64,000 nucleotides of DNA. Origin: Burkholderiaceae bacterium (lineage in GTDB: Bacteria > Pseudomonadota > Gammaproteobacteria > Burkholderiales > Burkholderiaceae_B). The stretch spans positions 5,024-69,023 of the forward strand of contig CBFHXV010000004.1 of the NCBI GenBank assembly GCA_965659885.1, written 5' to 3'. Below, one piece after another: positions 20,709-32,613 of this stretch (position 1 is its first letter; each line of letters opens with the position of its first letter). Below the pieces are notes generated by a model, which worked only from the letters and a program-made list of their open reading frames with translations, searched no databases and was not told the DNA's origin. The position numbers and the translations under genes are program-made.

Positions 20709-21976
20709 TGGACCGCTTGCGCATCACTGGCGGCCAGCCCTTGCGTGGGGAGGTTGTCATATCGGGCGCTAAAAATGCGGCGCTACCGATCCTGTGCGCC
20801 TCTTTGCTTACTGCTGAACCTGTGGTCATTGGCAATGTGCCTGAACTGCGTGATATTGGCACCATGCTCACGTTGCTGCAGCAACTTGGCACTCGAACCC
20901 AAGAGGCGGGGCCTGAGACGATCGAGCTCTGCTCGTCGGATGTCGCCTCGCTTGAGGCTCCTTATGAGCTGGTCAAGACCATGCGTGCCTCGATTTTGGT
21001 GCTCGGTCCGTTGCTGGCCCGCTTTGGCCAGGCGCGCGTGAGCCTGCCAGGCGGCTGTGCCATCGGCCAGCGGCCGGTGGACCAACACATCAAGGGCCTT
21101 GAAGCACTTGGTGCCGAGATCACCATCGAGCATGGCTATGTGGTGGCCAAAGCCAAACGCCTAACGGGTGCTGTCATCCGAACCGACATGGTCACGGTCA
21201 CGGGCACTGAGAACTTGTTGATGGCCGCGGTTTTAGCGCAAGGTGAGACTGTGCTGGAAAACGCCGCTCGTGAACCCGAGGTGGTCGATCTGGCTGAGCT
21301 TTTGATCAAGATGGGTGCCAAGATTTCAGGCCACGGCACCGACCGTATCGTGGTGCAGGGTGTGGATAAGCTGCATGGTGCTGAACATCATGTCATGCCT
21401 GACCGTATTGAAGCGGGCAGCTTTCTGTGTGCGGTTGCCGCCACAGGCGGGCAGATTGAATTGGCGCGCGTGGCCCCAGATACAATGGGTGCGACGATAA
21501 GCAAACTGCAGCAAGCCGGCCTTGAACTGACCGACGCAGGTGACCGATTGGTGGCGCGTATGGACCAGCGTCCCAAGGCGGTTGATGTCAGAACCCATGA
21601 GTACCCTGGGTTTGCCACCGATATGCAAGCCCAGTTCATGGCGTTAAACACGGTCGCAAGCGGCACGGCCATGGTAGTTGAAACGATATTTGAGAACCGT
21701 TTCATGCATGTCCAAGAGCTCATTAGGCTTGGCGCGGATATTGAAATTGATGGTCACACCGCGGTGGTAAAAGGTGTGTTATCGCTGTCAGGCGCAACCG
21801 TGATGGCCACTGATTTAAGAGCGTCGGCAAGCCTGGTGATTGCTGGCTTGGTGGCGCAGGGCCACACAACGGTTGAACGGATCTATCATCTGGATCGTGG
21901 TTACATGAACATGGAAGACAAGTTGAGTGCACTAGGCGCACAAATCGAGCGGTTAACTTCACGAGGCACAGCATGA
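20708..21976 (+). CDS. murA: UDP-N-acetylglucosamine 1-carboxyvinyltransferase
   Basis: [24 protein letters not shown] (catalytic Cys), [14 protein letters not shown]. Confidence 0.97.
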   Translation: MDRLRITGGQPLRGEVVISGAKNAALPILCASLLTAEPVVIGNVPELRDIGTMLTLLQQLGTRTQEAGPETIELCSSDVASLEAPYELVKTMRASILVLGPLLARFGQARVSLPGGCAIGQRPVDQHIKGLEALGAEITIEHGYVVAKAKRLTGAVIRTDMVTVTGTENLLMAAVLAQGETVLENAAREPEVVDLAELLIKMGAKISGHGTDRIVVQGVDKLHGAEHHVMPDRIEAGSFLCAVAATGGQIELARVAPDTMGATISKLQQAGLELTDAGDRLVARMDQRPKAVDVRTHEYPGFATDMQAQFMALNTVASGTAMVVETIFENRFMHVQELIRLGADIEIDGHTAVVKGVLSLSGATVMATDLRASASLVIAGLVAQGHTTVERIYHLDRGYMNMEDKLSALGAQIERLTSRGTA

Positions 21977-22635
21977 CGACATCGGCTGCCCGGCCTATTA
22001 CTTTGGCGCTGTCAAAGGGTCGGATTTTTGATGAGACGCTGCCATTGCTCAAAGCCGCGGGCATCGAGGTCGCTGAAGACCCCGAGAAGTCCAGAAAACT
22101 GATCATTGGCACCAACCGCGAGGATGTGCGCCTCATTATTGTGCGTGCCTCAGATGTGCCCACGTACGTCGAATACGGAGCGGCCGATTTGGGCATCGCT
22201 GGCAAGGATGTGTTGATTGAACATGCCGCTGCCCATCCGGGCGCACTTTATCAGCCGATTGATTTGAACATCGCGCGCTGCCGACTGTGCGTGGCCGTTC
22301 CCAAGGGATTCGATTACGAGGCCGCGGTGGGCCAGGGGGCGCGCTTGCGTGTGGCCACCAAGTATGTCTGGGCCGCGCGTGAGCATTTTGCGCGCAAGGG
22401 TGTCTACGTTGATCTCATCAAATTGTATGGATCCATGGAATTGGCGCCGTTAATTGGTCTGGCCGATGCGATTGTTGACCTGGTGTCGACGGGCAACACG
22501 TTAAAGGCCAATAATTTGGTGGCCGTCGAGGACATCATGCCGATTTCGTCGCGTTTGATCGTCAACCGGGCGGCCTTAAAAACCCGTCAAGGGCAATTGC
22601 AACCGATTCTGGATGCCTTTGAGCAGGCTTGCTGA
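21973..22635 (+). CDS. hisG: ATP phosphoribosyltransferase, short form
   Basis: [37 protein letters not shown]; 220 aa, lacking the regulatory C-terminal domain. Confidence 0.95.
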   Translation: MTTSAARPITLALSKGRIFDETLPLLKAAGIEVAEDPEKSRKLIIGTNREDVRLIIVRASDVPTYVEYGAADLGIAGKDVLIEHAAAHPGALYQPIDLNIARCRLCVAVPKGFDYEAAVGQGARLRVATKYVWAAREHFARKGVYVDLIKLYGSMELAPLIGLADAIVDLVSTGNTLKANNLVAVEDIMPISSRLIVNRAALKTRQGQLQPILDAFEQAC

Positions 22636-22685
22636 AAAACCCTGCTAATCTTTAATCTGATTATTGAACACTCGAGCAAAACCAA

Positions 22686-23984
22686 ATGGCTGTCATTAAC
22701 CGTCTGAGCGCCACTGACACTGACTTTGATCAAGCACTGACAACACTGCTGCATGTCAACGCGCAGGAAGATGAGGCAATTGAATCGGCCACAGCCGATA
22801 TTTTGCGGGCGGTGCGCAGCCAGGGTGATCAAGCATTGCTTGCCTACACCCAAAAGTTTGACCGCGTGAGCGCAGACAGCGTCGCTGAACTTGAAATACC
22901 GCGCAGTGACTGGCAAGCGGCGCTTAATAGCCTGCCCGTTGAGCAGCGCGGCGCATTGGAAGATGCTGCGGCTCGGATTCGCGCCTACCATGAGCGACAA
23001 AAGCAAGACAGCTGGACATTCACCGAATCCAATGGCACCACGCTTGGCCAAAAAATCACCCCGCTTGATCGCGTGGGCTTGTACGTGCCAGGTGGCAAGG
23101 CCGCCTACCCCTCATCTGTTCTGATGAACGTGGTGCCAGCCAAAGTGGCAGGGGTCTCTGAGGTCATTATGGTCACGCCCACGCCCGATGGCCAGCGCAA
23201 CCCGCTCGTGCTTGCGGCCGCGGCCATTGGCGGCGTTGATCGCGTCTTTGCCATCGGTGGTGCACAGGCTGTGGGTGCCTTGGCTTATGGCACGCAGACG
23301 ATTCCTGCCGTGGACAAGATTGTGGGACCCGGCAACGCGTATGTGGCTAGCGCCAAGCGCCGGGTGTTTGGCACGGTGGGCATTGACATGATTGCCGGAC
23401 CCAGTGAAATTCTGATCATTTGCGATGGCAAGACCCCGGCGGACTGGATCGCAATGGATTTGTTCTCGCAAGCCGAGCACGACGAGCTCGCGCAAGCGAT
23501 TTTGTTGTGTCAGGATGCCGAGTTTTTAGATGAGGTTGAACAAGCCATCCAGAAATTGCTGCCGACCATGCCCAGACAGGAAATCATCGCAACCAGCTTA
23601 AAAAACCGCGGTGCCCTGATTCTCGTGGATTCGCTCGAGCAGGCCTGCGAGATCAGCAACCGGATTGCGCCCGAGCACCTTGAGGTCTCGGTAGAAGATG
23701 CGCAAGCGCTGTTGCCCCAGTTACGTCACGCGGGCGCCATTTTTATGGGTCGCCACAGCTCGGAGTCACTTGGCGATTACTGTGCTGGCCCTAACCACGT
23801 GCTGCCAACCTCGGGCACCGCCCGCTTTTCTTCGCCGCTTGGTGTCTACGATTTCCAGAAACGCTCAAGCATCATTGATGTCTCAGATGCCGGTGCCACC
23901 GAGCTTGGTGCCATTGCGCGTGTGCTCGCCGAGGGCGAGGGATTGCCAGCCCACGCGCAAAGCGCTGTTTACCGGATGGCCTAA
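22686..23984 (+). CDS. hisD: Histidinol dehydrogenase
   Basis: [52 protein letters not shown]. Confidence 0.97.
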   Translation: MAVINRLSATDTDFDQALTTLLHVNAQEDEAIESATADILRAVRSQGDQALLAYTQKFDRVSADSVAELEIPRSDWQAALNSLPVEQRGALEDAAARIRAYHERQKQDSWTFTESNGTTLGQKITPLDRVGLYVPGGKAAYPSSVLMNVVPAKVAGVSEVIMVTPTPDGQRNPLVLAAAAIGGVDRVFAIGGAQAVGALAYGTQTIPAVDKIVGPGNAYVASAKRRVFGTVGIDMIAGPSEILIICDGKTPADWIAMDLFSQAEHDELAQAILLCQDAEFLDEVEQAIQKLLPTMPRQEIIATSLKNRGALILVDSLEQACEISNRIAPEHLEVSVEDAQALLPQLRHAGAIFMGRHSSESLGDYCAGPNHVLPTSGTARFSSPLGVYDFQKRSSIIDVSDAGATELGAIARVLAEGEGLPAHAQSAVYRMA

Positions 23985-24084
23985 GTGCCTGGTAGCTCGA
24001 ATTTAGGCGTAGGCCGTAGCCGCCGCGATTACAATACGTTTTTAATGTGACTGTATTTCAGTCTGATAGAAGTTCACCATTACC

Positions 24085-24672
24085 ATGCGAACCGCCGACA
24101 TTACCCGCAACACCAAAGAGACGCAAATCCGCGTGTCTATCAATCTTGATGGCACGGGCAAGCAGTCCATTGACACAGGCATCCCGTTTCTTGACCACAT
24201 GCTCGATCAGATCGCCCGTCACGGACTCATCGACCTTGAAATCAAGGCGTCGGGTGATCTGCACATCGATGACCACCACACGGTTGAAGATGTGGGCATC
24301 ACGTTGGGTCAGGCGCTCGCCCAAGCCTTGGGTGACAAGGCTGGCATTCGCCGTTACGGCCATGCGTATGTGCCACTCGATGAGGCGCTGTCGCGTGTGG
24401 TGATCGACTTGTCGGGGCGTCCGGGCTTGATCTTTGAAGTGCCGTACACGCGTGCGCGAGTGGGTAGCTTTGATGTTGACCTGTCGCGCGAGTTTTTTCA
24501 AGGGCTGGTCAACCACGCCTGGATGACGCTGCACATTGACAACCTGCGTGGCATCAATGCCCATCACCAGTGCGAAACGGTTTTTAAAGCCTTTGGGCGT
24601 GCCTTGCGCATGGCGGTTGAGCCCGATGAACGTCAGGCCGGTGCCATCCCCTCGACCAAAGGGGTTCTCTAG
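24085..24672 (+). CDS. hisB: Imidazoleglycerol-phosphate dehydratase
   Basis: [30 protein letters not shown]. Confidence 0.97.
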   Translation: MRTADITRNTKETQIRVSINLDGTGKQSIDTGIPFLDHMLDQIARHGLIDLEIKASGDLHIDDHHTVEDVGITLGQALAQALGDKAGIRRYGHAYVPLDEALSRVVIDLSGRPGLIFEVPYTRARVGSFDVDLSREFFQGLVNHAWMTLHIDNLRGINAHHQCETVFKAFGRALRMAVEPDERQAGAIPSTKGVL

Positions 24673-24707
24673 GCTGCGCGCTCAAAGACCTGCGACTGGA
24701 ACGTTTC

Positions 24708-25352
24708 ATGAAACGCATTGCAATTGTCGAATATGGCATGGGCAACTACCACTCTGTGCAACGTGCCTTAAGACATGCCGCACCTGATGCGCAAATCGAT
24801 TTAACGGGCGATGCGCAAACCATTTTGGCTGCCGACCGTGTGGTCTTGCCAGGACAAGGTGCCATGAGCGATTGCATGCGCACGCTCGAGCAGGCCGGGC
24901 TGACGCAAGTCGTGCTTGATGTGGCATCGAGCAAGCCTTTGCTAGGCGTGTGCGTGGGCGAGCAGATGCTGTTTGAAAGCAGCGAAGAAGGCCCAACCAC
25001 ATGCCTGGGCCTGTTTCCTGGCGTGGTCAAACGCTTTGCTGGCCCGATGTTCGATCATGCGACAGACGATGGCGACAGACTGAAGATCCCCCACATGGGC
25101 TGGAATCCGGTTCGTCAGGTACAGCCACACCCGATGTGGTCTGGCATAGCGGATCTGTCAGCCTTTTATTTTGTGCATAGTTATCACGTGGTTGCGACCA
25201 ATCCCGCGCATGTATACGGACAAGCCGACTATGGGTATCCGTTTACTTGTGCGGTGGCGCGCGACAATATATTTGCGGTGCAGTTTCACCCGGAGAAGAG
25301 TGCGGGTGATGGTTTACGGCTGTACCGTAATTTTGTAGATTGGAACCCTTAA
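24708..25352 (+). CDS. hisH: Imidazole glycerol phosphate synthase glutaminase subunit
   Basis: LPGQGA, GVCVG, PHMGWN, YFVHSY, QFHPEKS. Confidence 0.96.
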   Translation: MKRIAIVEYGMGNYHSVQRALRHAAPDAQIDLTGDAQTILAADRVVLPGQGAMSDCMRTLEQAGLTQVVLDVASSKPLLGVCVGEQMLFESSEEGPTTCLGLFPGVVKRFAGPMFDHATDDGDRLKIPHMGWNPVRQVQPHPMWSGIADLSAFYFVHSYHVVATNPAHVYGQADYGYPFTCAVARDNIFAVQFHPEKSAGDGLRLYRNFVDWNP

Positions 25353-25387
25353 AGCCCTGCCCTTAAAACGCCTACCTTCTGTTTGCC

Positions 25388-26128
25388 ATGTTACTGATAC
25401 CTGCGATTGATTTGAAAGACGGCCAATGTGTGCGCCTGCGCCAAGGCGACATGGATGACGCCACTGTGTTTTCGGGGGACCCCGTTGAGGTCGCTGACCG
25501 CTGGGCTGATTTGGGCGCCCAACGTCTGCATTTGGTTGACTTAAATGGCGCTGTGGATGGCAGGCCGCGCAACGAGCCGGTGATAAGAGAGATTGTTCAA
25601 GCCATGGGTGATGAGGTGCCGGTGCAAATTGGCGGCGGCATCCGCGATCTCGACACCATTGAGCGTTATCTGGATGCGGGTATTTCTTATGTCATTCTGG
25701 GCACGGCGGCCGTTAAGAACCCCGGGTTTTTGCAGGACGCCTGCGGTGCTTTTCCTGGCAACATCATTGTGGGGCTAGATGCCAAAGATGGGCGTGTGGC
25801 CACTGATGGCTGGAGCAAGTTGACCAAGCACAGCGTGACGGACCTGGCCAAGAAGTTTGAAGACTATGGCTGTGAGGCCATTATCTACACCGACATTGGG
25901 CGTGACGGCATGTTAAGCGGTGTCAACGTTGAGGCAACCGTCACCTTGGCCCAACACGTGCGCATTCCTGTGATTGCCTCCGGTGGCATCACGGACATTA
26001 CTGATATTGAGCGATTATGCGAAGTCGAGCCTGAGGGGGTCGAGGGCGCGATTTTGGGTCGCAGCATCTACGAGGGTACGCTGGATTTTGCGGCAGCGCT
26101 CAAGCGTGCCGAAGAGCTGTGCCCGTGA
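25388..26128 (+). CDS. hisA: ProFAR isomerase
   Basis: [41 protein letters not shown]. Confidence 0.97.
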   Translation: MLLIPAIDLKDGQCVRLRQGDMDDATVFSGDPVEVADRWADLGAQRLHLVDLNGAVDGRPRNEPVIREIVQAMGDEVPVQIGGGIRDLDTIERYLDAGISYVILGTAAVKNPGFLQDACGAFPGNIIVGLDAKDGRVATDGWSKLTKHSVTDLAKKFEDYGCEAIIYTDIGRDGMLSGVNVEATVTLAQHVRIPVIASGGITDITDIERLCEVEPEGVEGAILGRSIYEGTLDFAAALKRAEELCP

Positions 26129-26934
26129 ATAGTGAACAAAATTGCAATGGGTTGATGCGCCGCATCATTCCTTGCCTTGATGTCACGGCGGGCCGCGTGG
26201 TCAAGGGCGTGAATTTCGTCGATTTAGCCGATGCCGGTGACCCGGTCGAGGTGGCGCGCCGCTACAACCACGAAGGCGCTGATGAGCTTACGTTTCTGGA
26301 CATCACAGCCACGAGCGACGAGCGCGATCTGATCCTGCCGATTATCGATGCCGTGGCCTCTGAAGTGTTCATCCCGCTGACGGTTGGTGGCGGTGTCAGG
26401 CAAGTCAGTGATGTGCAGCGGCTTCTAAGTGCTGGCGCGGACAAGGTGTCGATTAACAGTGCGGCGGTGGCTGACCCAGATCTCATTAAGCGTGCGGCTG
26501 ACTACCATGGGTCGCAGTGTATTGTGATCGCCATTGATGCCAGGCGGGTGCCTGAATCAAGCGATGAGGCGCCGCGCTGGGAGGTCTATACCCATGGCGG
26601 GCGTCGTGCCACGGGTATAGACGCGGTTCAGTGGGCGCAGCGCATGCAGCAAGCAGGCGCCGGTGAGGTGCTGTTAACCAGCATGGATCGCGATGGCACG
26701 CGTGAGGGCTTTGATCTGCTGTTGACCCGCACGGTATCTGACGCCGTGTCGATTCCAGTGATCGCTTCAGGCGGCGTGGGCAATTTGCAGCACCTCGCTG
26801 ACGGGGTCACCAAAGGCGGCGCCAATGCGGTGTTGGCGGCGAGTATTTTTCATTTCGGGCAATACACCATTGATGAAGCCAAGGCGTACATGGCCGAGCG
26901 AGGGATTGCTGTGAGGCTTGAGCATCATGACTGA
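26125..26934 (+). CDS. hisF: Imidazole glycerol phosphate synthase cyclase subunit
   Basis: [41 protein letters not shown]; GTG start overlapping the hisA stop is assumed. Confidence 0.96.
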   Translation: MNSEQNCNGLMRRIIPCLDVTAGRVVKGVNFVDLADAGDPVEVARRYNHEGADELTFLDITATSDERDLILPIIDAVASEVFIPLTVGGGVRQVSDVQRLLSAGADKVSINSAAVADPDLIKRAADYHGSQCIVIAIDARRVPESSDEAPRWEVYTHGGRRATGIDAVQWAQRMQQAGAGEVLLTSMDRDGTREGFDLLLTRTVSDAVSIPVIASGGVGNLQHLADGVTKGGANAVLAASIFHFGQYTIDEAKAYMAERGIAVRLEHHD

Positions 26935-27340
26935 TTCGGTGAGTCCAGCCTGGCTTGATGAGGTGGTGTTCGATGCCCAGGGCTTAGTGCCAGCGATTGC
27001 TCAGGATGCTCAGAGCGGCCGGGTGTTGATGGTGGCGTGGATGAACCGTGAGTCGCTACTTGAAACGGTGCGTCTGGGCTATGCCGTTTATTTCTCGCGA
27101 TCACGCCAGCGTCTATGGAGAAAAGGCGAATCCTCAGGTCATACGCAGCAAGTCGTTGACATGCGTCTGGACTGCGATGGCGATGTGGTGTTGTTATCGA
27201 TCAATCAAGTGGGCGATGTGGCTTGCCACACGGGTCGCCAGAGCTGCTTTTACCGGCAACTGACGCCAATTGATGGCAAAATGCAATGGAAGTCGGTTGA
27301 CCCCGTACTAAAAGATCCCGAAGAGATTTACAAAAAGTAG
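26927..27340 (+). CDS. hisI: Phosphoribosyl-AMP cyclohydrolase
   Basis: [31 protein letters not shown]. Confidence 0.96.
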   Translation: MTDSVSPAWLDEVVFDAQGLVPAIAQDAQSGRVLMVAWMNRESLLETVRLGYAVYFSRSRQRLWRKGESSGHTQQVVDMRLDCDGDVVLLSINQVGDVACHTGRQSCFYRQLTPIDGKMQWKSVDPVLKDPEEIYKK

Positions 27341-27348
27341 AGGCATGC

Positions 27349-27705
27349 TTGAATCGTTCGTCTGACACGACACTGAGCCGTCTGGCTGATGTGCTGCATA
27401 GCCGCCGTCCCGATCAGGGCGGTGACCCGCAGAACTCTTACGTGGCCAAACTGCTGGTCAAAGGCCAGGACAGCATCCTGAAAAAAGTTGGTGAAGAGTC
27501 AACCGAACTGGTCATGGCCAGTAAAGACGGAGAAAGTGAGCGAATTGTCGCTGAGACAGCCGATTTGTGGTTTCATTGTCTGGTGTTGTTAACGCACCAT
27601 GGACTGCGGCCAGAGGATGTGCTCGCAGAGCTCGATCGGCGCGAAGGTTTGTCTGGCTTGGTTGAGAAAGCGAGCCGCAGTGAAAACAAGAAGGGACGGG
27701 CATGA
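27349..27705 (+). CDS. hisE: Phosphoribosyl-ATP pyrophosphatase
   Basis: [23 protein letters not shown]. Confidence 0.95.
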   Translation: MNRSSDTTLSRLADVLHSRRPDQGGDPQNSYVAKLLVKGQDSILKKVGEESTELVMASKDGESERIVAETADLWFHCLVLLTHHGLRPEDVLAELDRREGLSGLVEKASRSENKKGRA

Positions 27706-28070
27706 GCGAGAACTGCTTGTTTTGCAAGATCGTCAAAGGGGAGATCCCCGCGGCCATCGTGCACGAGGATGACGACTTTATTGCATTTAAGGATATCAAT
27801 CCGGCTGCGCCGGTGCACATTCTGCTCGTGCCAAAGCACCACGTGGTTTCCCTACAGGAAATAGGTCCCGCAGATAGCCAATGGTTAGGTAGAATGATGG
27901 CATTGGTACCGAAAGTTGCGCTCGACAATGGTTGCCACCCCGGTCCGGATGGTGGATTCCGGGTGGTGGTAAATTCGGGTAGACATGGTGGTCAAGAAAT
28001 TGATCACCTTCATTTACACATTTTGGGTGGTCCCAGACCCTGGTCAGGGCAGGCCGCACCCAACGCCTAA
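27702..28070 (+). CDS. HIT-family nucleotide-binding protein (HinT-like)
   Basis: [36 protein letters not shown]. Confidence 0.92.
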   Translation: MSENCLFCKIVKGEIPAAIVHEDDDFIAFKDINPAAPVHILLVPKHHVVSLQEIGPADSQWLGRMMALVPKVALDNGCHPGPDGGFRVVVNSGRHGGQEIDHLHLHILGGPRPWSGQAAPNA

Positions 28071-28083
28071 GTGGAGAGTTTCA

Positions 28084-28329
28084 ATGGGCACTTTTAGCAT
28101 TTGGCACTGGTTGATCGTATTGTTGGTTGTCGCGCTGATCTTTGGTACTAAAAAGCTGCGCAACATGGGATCTGATCTTGGTGGTGCGGTTAAGGGTTTT
28201 AAAGAAGGTATGAAAGAGGCCAACGAGAAAGCCGAAGAAGGTGAGTCCTCCGCGCAAACGCAGCGGGTCGCTTCTGGTGAAACCATTGATGTGCAAGCCA
28301 AGGAGAAGTCCGGCTCGCAGTCTTCCTGA
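28084..28329 (+). CDS. tatA: Twin-arginine translocase subunit TatA
   Basis: [33 protein letters not shown]; ATG at 28084 after GGAGAG. Confidence 0.95.
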   Translation: MGTFSIWHWLIVLLVVALIFGTKKLRNMGSDLGGAVKGFKEGMKEANEKAEEGESSAQTQRVASGETIDVQAKEKSGSQSS

Positions 28330-28403
28330 GGCTTCGGGCATGGGGCTGGGGCTGTCTTGGGTCACAGCCAGTACGTTCTTGACTTCACAAAAATAGGCTT
28401 AGC

Positions 28404-28883
28404 GTGTTTGATATCAGCTTTACTGAGTTGATGCTCGTGGGTTTGGTGGCGCTTATCGTCATCGGACCTGAGCGCTTGCCTAAGCTTGCCAAAACCGTGG
28501 GGCATTTGCTCGGGCGCGCACAGCGCTACGTCAATGACGTCAAGGGTGATATCCAGCGAGAGGTTGAGCTCGACGAGTTACGTAAAATGAAAGATGACAT
28601 GGAGTCAGCTGCCCGCTCGATGCAGTCCTCCATGCAGCAAACCGAATCCAAACTGCGCAGCGAATTGCAAAGCCCGGTCAACGATTTCAAGAACGAAATC
28701 GATGAACTCAAAGCGGGAGCGCAAAAGACGGGTGCAGCCGACAATGCCACGGCAGACTCCTCTTCGCCAAGCGTCACCCATACGGAGCCCGCAGCTGAGC
28801 CGCAGACTGTGCCAGACGCGGTGACGCCTTCGTCAACCCCCACTGCAGAGCCAGAAAAAGCGGTGTCGGAGCATAAGTCGTGA
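28404..28883 (+). CDS. tatB: Twin-arginine translocase subunit TatB
   Basis: [26 protein letters not shown]. Confidence 0.95.
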   Translation: MFDISFTELMLVGLVALIVIGPERLPKLAKTVGHLLGRAQRYVNDVKGDIQREVELDELRKMKDDMESAARSMQSSMQQTESKLRSELQSPVNDFKNEIDELKAGAQKTGAADNATADSSSPSVTHTEPAAEPQTVPDAVTPSSTPTAEPEKAVSEHKS

Positions 28884-29674
28884 GTCAAGCAGATACAGCC
28901 CCACCGCAAGAAGGGTTCATGTCCCACCTCGTTGAATTGCGTAACCGCCTGGTCCGGGCCGTGATCGCAGTGTTGGCGGTGTTTGTGGTGATTTTTATGT
29001 ACCCCGGTGCGTCGGCCATCTATGACTTTTTAGCGCAGCCTATGCTCGCATCCTTGCCCCAAGGCACACGCATGATTGCCACTGGCGTGATTACGCCGTT
29101 CATGGTGCCAGTCAAAGTGACGCTGTTGGCGGCATTTTTGGTGGCGCTGCCCTACGTCTTGTATCAAGCATGGGCATTTGTGGCACCGGGCCTGTACCGT
29201 CATGAACAAAATCTGGCTTTGCCACTGATCGTCTCGAGTTCGCTACTGTTTCTGGCGGGCATGGCGTTTTGTTATTTTGTGGTGTTTCAGACGGTATTTG
29301 CATTTATTACGTCGTTTGCGCCGCAGTCCATTACGCCGGCGCCTGACATTGAGGCTTACCTGAGTTTTGTGATGACCATGTTCATCGCATTTGGCATTAC
29401 CTTTGAAGTGCCCATCGCGGTGGTATTACTGGTGCGCATGGGCATTATGAGTGTGCAAAAGCTGCGTGAGATCCGGGGCTACGTCATTGTTGTGGCATTC
29501 GTGATTGCGGCGATCGTCACCCCGCCGGATGTCATCAGCCAGTTCATGCTGGCACTGCCTCTTTGGATTCTTTATGAGGTTGGCTTGTTGCTTGCTAGCC
29601 GAATCAAGCCACGCGCCAATGAAGACGAAGAACATGACTCGCCCGAGTCTGACGGCCAAGACAAAAAAGACTAG
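28880..29674 (+). CDS. tatC: Twin-arginine translocase subunit TatC
   Basis: [32 protein letters not shown]. Confidence 0.96.
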   Translation: MSQADTAPPQEGFMSHLVELRNRLVRAVIAVLAVFVVIFMYPGASAIYDFLAQPMLASLPQGTRMIATGVITPFMVPVKVTLLAAFLVALPYVLYQAWAFVAPGLYRHEQNLALPLIVSSSLLFLAGMAFCYFVVFQTVFAFITSFAPQSITPAPDIEAYLSFVMTMFIAFGITFEVPIAVVLLVRMGIMSVQKLREIRGYVIVVAFVIAAIVTPPDVISQFMLALPLWILYEVGLLLASRIKPRANEDEEHDSPESDGQDKKD

Positions 29675-30630
29675 GCTAAATCGGCCGTCACTGGCAGGCG
29701 GCGCAATTCGACCACGGATCCAACGATGTCACTTTGCGACTGGCGCAACCCCGCCACCAGTGACTGTGCGAATGCCTGTGCTGCTGCAGACGGGGCACGT
29801 TGTGGGTTGTGAACATAAACAACTTGACGCTGCAGTGATGGCGTGATGAGTCGATGGGTACGCAGCCGAATGCCCGCACGCTCTCGCAAGTTACTCAGAA
29901 CACTGCCTGGCAAAAAACCCACATAGGGGCCGTCGTTGACCATTAGTGCCAGCGCCAAAATAGAGTCAAGCTCCATTGCGGGCACCAAGGTCACGCCAAG
30001 TTTCTCTGCGTAATTATCGAGCAATAGCCGCAAGCCATGCTTTCGTGTAGGCAGAATCAGTCTCTGTGCTGCCGCCTCTTGCAACATGATTTCGGGGGGC
30101 ATCTTGCGGTTACTGCGGGCAGATGAAATCGCAAAAATCTCTTCACGAAGCACGTTTTCCTGAGCGAGCTTGCAATCGCGGTGCGGCTGATTGATAAATG
30201 CCAAATCCAGCTGACCATTGGCAACACTTTCGCATAAGGGGTCTGTCAAACCCTCAGTCACCGATAGCGTGACTTGAGGGTTTGACTCGGTGAACTGACG
30301 CAGCACGTCGGGTAAAACACTGTGTCCGATGCTAGCCATTAGGCCGACGCGCACGTGGCCAGACAGGGTTTTGGCTTGGTGGGTAATTTTGGATTTCGCT
30401 GCCAGAAAGTTCGAAACCACAGGCGTAAACAGGCTGTACATTTCGTCACCGGCCGGTGTGGCATACATGCCTCGCGGCGTGCGTGTAAAAAGCTCTCGCC
30501 CAATTTCGCTCTCAAGGCGCGTGATTTGCATGCTCAAAGCAGGCTGAACGATGTTCAGCCGTTTGGCAGCCCTCGTGACAGACTTTTCCTCATATAAACA
30601 TATGAAGTACTGAATTTGTCGTATGTCCAT
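29671..30630 (-). CDS. LysR-family transcriptional regulator
   Basis: MDIRQIQYF...SVTRAAKRLNIVQPALSMQITRLESEIGRELFTR HTH followed by a substrate-binding domain. Confidence 0.93.
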   Translation of the reverse strand: MDIRQIQYFICLYEEKSVTRAAKRLNIVQPALSMQITRLESEIGRELFTRTPRGMYATPAGDEMYSLFTPVVSNFLAAKSKITHQAKTLSGHVRVGLMASIGHSVLPDVLRQFTESNPQVTLSVTEGLTDPLCESVANGQLDLAFINQPHRDCKLAQENVLREEIFAISSARSNRKMPPEIMLQEAAAQRLILPTRKHGLRLLLDNYAEKLGVTLVPAMELDSILALALMVNDGPYVGFLPGSVLSNLRERAGIRLRTHRLITPSLQRQVVYVHNPQRAPSAAAQAFAQSLVAGLRQSQSDIVGSVVELRRLPVTADLA

Positions 30631-30666
30631 GGCGAGCACCACCTGCAAAAAGTTAAGGAAAATATC

Positions 30667-30685
30667 ATATCAATTATTTTGATAT
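30667..30685. promoter_or_regulatory. Probable LysR recognition site
   Basis: ATATCA-attattt-TGATAT inverted repeat containing T-N11-A, in the AT-rich spacer about 40 bp upstream of the LysR start. Confidence 0.55.
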
Positions 30686-30814
30686 CCCTGATTAGAAATA
30701 ATTAGTAGACAAGATGGTATTGAAATTTTTAGTATGTGTGTACAACAATGAGATAGCAGCTTGGCATGCTAGCGGTGTCTGTACTAGGCTAAACAAAATT
30801 CCCACGGGGGAAAC

Positions 30815-31132
30815 ATGATCAGTGAACGATTGAAGGCTGCCCGTTTAAGAGCGGGTCTTTCCCAAGAGAAGCTTGGCAAACTCGCGGGTATTGACCCGAC
30901 ATCGGCAAGCGCACGCATGAATCAGTACGAGCGGGGCAAGCATTCGCCTGACTATCGGCTCATGTGTCGCGTGGCTGAAATTCTCAAAATGCCGGTGAGC
31001 TGGTTCTACACGCAAGATGATGAGCTGGCTCGTTTGCAAGAAATATTCTTTAATATGTCACCCGACACGAAAACGGATTTGCTCACGCACGCTGAGGCGT
31101 TGAATCAGAAGGTCACGAACGCTATCGTCTGA
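30815..31132 (+). CDS. XRE/Cro-C1-type HTH transcriptional regulator
   Basis: RLKAARLRAGLSQEKLGKLAGID...RMNQYERGKHSPD. Confidence 0.88.
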   Translation: MISERLKAARLRAGLSQEKLGKLAGIDPTSASARMNQYERGKHSPDYRLMCRVAEILKMPVSWFYTQDDELARLQEIFFNMSPDTKTDLLTHAEALNQKVTNAIV

Positions 31133-31158
31133 TCGAGCGTCATCTTGCGCTGAGCCAT

Positions 31159-31944
31159 ATGACTTGGAGCAATATGAAACGCGACGATTTGATGGCGTGG
31201 CTCGACAAAACACTCGAGCCCTGGCGGTTTTCTGATTACTGTCCCAATGGCCTGCAGGTCGAAGGCAAGGCTGAGGTCACGAGAATCGTGACCGGTGTGA
31301 CTGCGAGTCTGGCGCTTATTGAAAAAGCAATAGAGCTAAAAGCTGACGCCATATTGGTTCATCACGGCTGGTTTTGGCGGGGTGAAAACCTGGCGGTAAC
31401 CGGCACGCGAAAGCAGCGTTTGGCGTCGGTTTTAGCCCACGACCTAAACCTGATTGCGTTTCACTTGCCGCTCGACGCCCATCCAACTTACGGCAATAAC
31501 ATGCAGCTTGGACAAGTGCTCGGTTTGGAGCCTGAGCGCGACGCCGGCGGGCAGATCGTGACCGGTGGCAGCAAGGATTTGGTGTGGTTTGGCCGGCCGG
31601 ATCAGCCGCAAATCACATTGTCTGAGTTGTCTGACCGAATTGGATCACGTTTGTCGCGCGCGCCAATAGTGGTCGGCGATCCGGATAAGGTCTGCGCGCG
31701 AGTGGCGTGGTGTACCGGTGGCGCGCAGGGCATGTTTGAAGCCGCCATCGAAGCGGGTGCGGATGCATACATCACGGGCGAGATTTCCGAGCCGAACGCC
31801 CATTTAGCAAGAGAAAGTGGCGTTGCGTTCATTAGCGCGGGTCATCACGCCACCGAGCGCTACGGCGCCAAAGCGCTTGGTGAAGCGATTGCTCAACGGT
31901 TCGATGTTGAGGTGTTGTTTTTAGACATCGACAACCCGGCCTGA
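31159..31944 (+). CDS. Nif3/YbgI-like dinuclear metal-centre protein
   Basis: DYCPNGLQVEG, ILVHHG, HLPLDAH, YITGE, GHHATERYG. Confidence 0.92.
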   Translation: MTWSNMKRDDLMAWLDKTLEPWRFSDYCPNGLQVEGKAEVTRIVTGVTASLALIEKAIELKADAILVHHGWFWRGENLAVTGTRKQRLASVLAHDLNLIAFHLPLDAHPTYGNNMQLGQVLGLEPERDAGGQIVTGGSKDLVWFGRPDQPQITLSELSDRIGSRLSRAPIVVGDPDKVCARVAWCTGGAQGMFEAAIEAGADAYITGEISEPNAHLARESGVAFISAGHHATERYGAKALGEAIAQRFDVEVLFLDIDNPA

Positions 31945-31952
31945 TGTTTGGC

Positions 31953-31991
31953 ACTGAGGCCCACCACTGAGGTCTATGACTGAGGCCTATC
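31953..31991. repeat. Three imperfect 13-bp direct repeats
   Basis: ACTGAGGCCCACC / ACTGAGGTCTATG / ACTGAGGCCTATC between the converging Nif3-like and mscL genes. Confidence 0.6.
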
Positions 31992-32027
31992 ACGCCGCCG
32001 GAACTAAACGCCACTTTCGCATCCTGC

Positions 32028-32495
32028 TTACTGCTGCGATTGGTTTTTTTGCAGCAGATCACGGATTTCGGTCAGCAACACCACATCTTGCGCTGGCGCA
32101 GCCGGCGCGGCGGCCTCTTGCTCCTTCTCGAAGCGTTTGCGTGCGGTGGTGACTGCCTTGACCATCCAGAAAATCACAAAGGCCAGCAAAATGAAATTTA
32201 GTAAGATGGTGACGAAATTGCCCCAAGCGAACAGCACCGCGCCAGCCTCGCTCAGTTCGGCATAAGTCAGCGGTCCTGTGTAATCGTCGGGTTTAGATAG
32301 CACGATGAATTTATTGGAAAAATCAGCCGACCCGCCTAGCACCACGTTCACCAGCGGCATCACGATGTCGGTTACCAGAGAATTCACGATTTTTGAGAAG
32401 GCTGCGCCGATAATGATACCGACGGCAAGATCGATGACGTTGCCTTTGACGGCAAACGCTCGGAATTCGGCAAGAAACCCTTTTGTTGAAGCCAT
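32028..32495 (-). CDS. mscL: Large-conductance mechanosensitive channel
   Basis: [24 protein letters not shown]...LLTEIRDLL. Confidence 0.96.
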   Translation of the reverse strand: MASTKGFLAEFRAFAVKGNVIDLAVGIIIGAAFSKIVNSLVTDIVMPLVNVVLGGSADFSNKFIVLSKPDDYTGPLTYAELSEAGAVLFAWGNFVTILLNFILLAFVIFWMVKAVTTARKRFEKEQEAAAPAAPAQDVVLLTEIRDLLQKNQSQQ

Positions 32496-32613
32496 TTTTA
32501 TTCTCCTTGATAGTAGTCAATTACTGGGCGATCACGGCGTTATAATATTGGACGATTAATTATTTGTATCTATCAAATCCCGAATGCGGGAGATCACGAC
32601 CAAGGATAATGTG

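Noticed and set aside
21973-22635. Truncated hisG
   Set aside because: This is the standard short form that works with HisZ encoded elsewhere.
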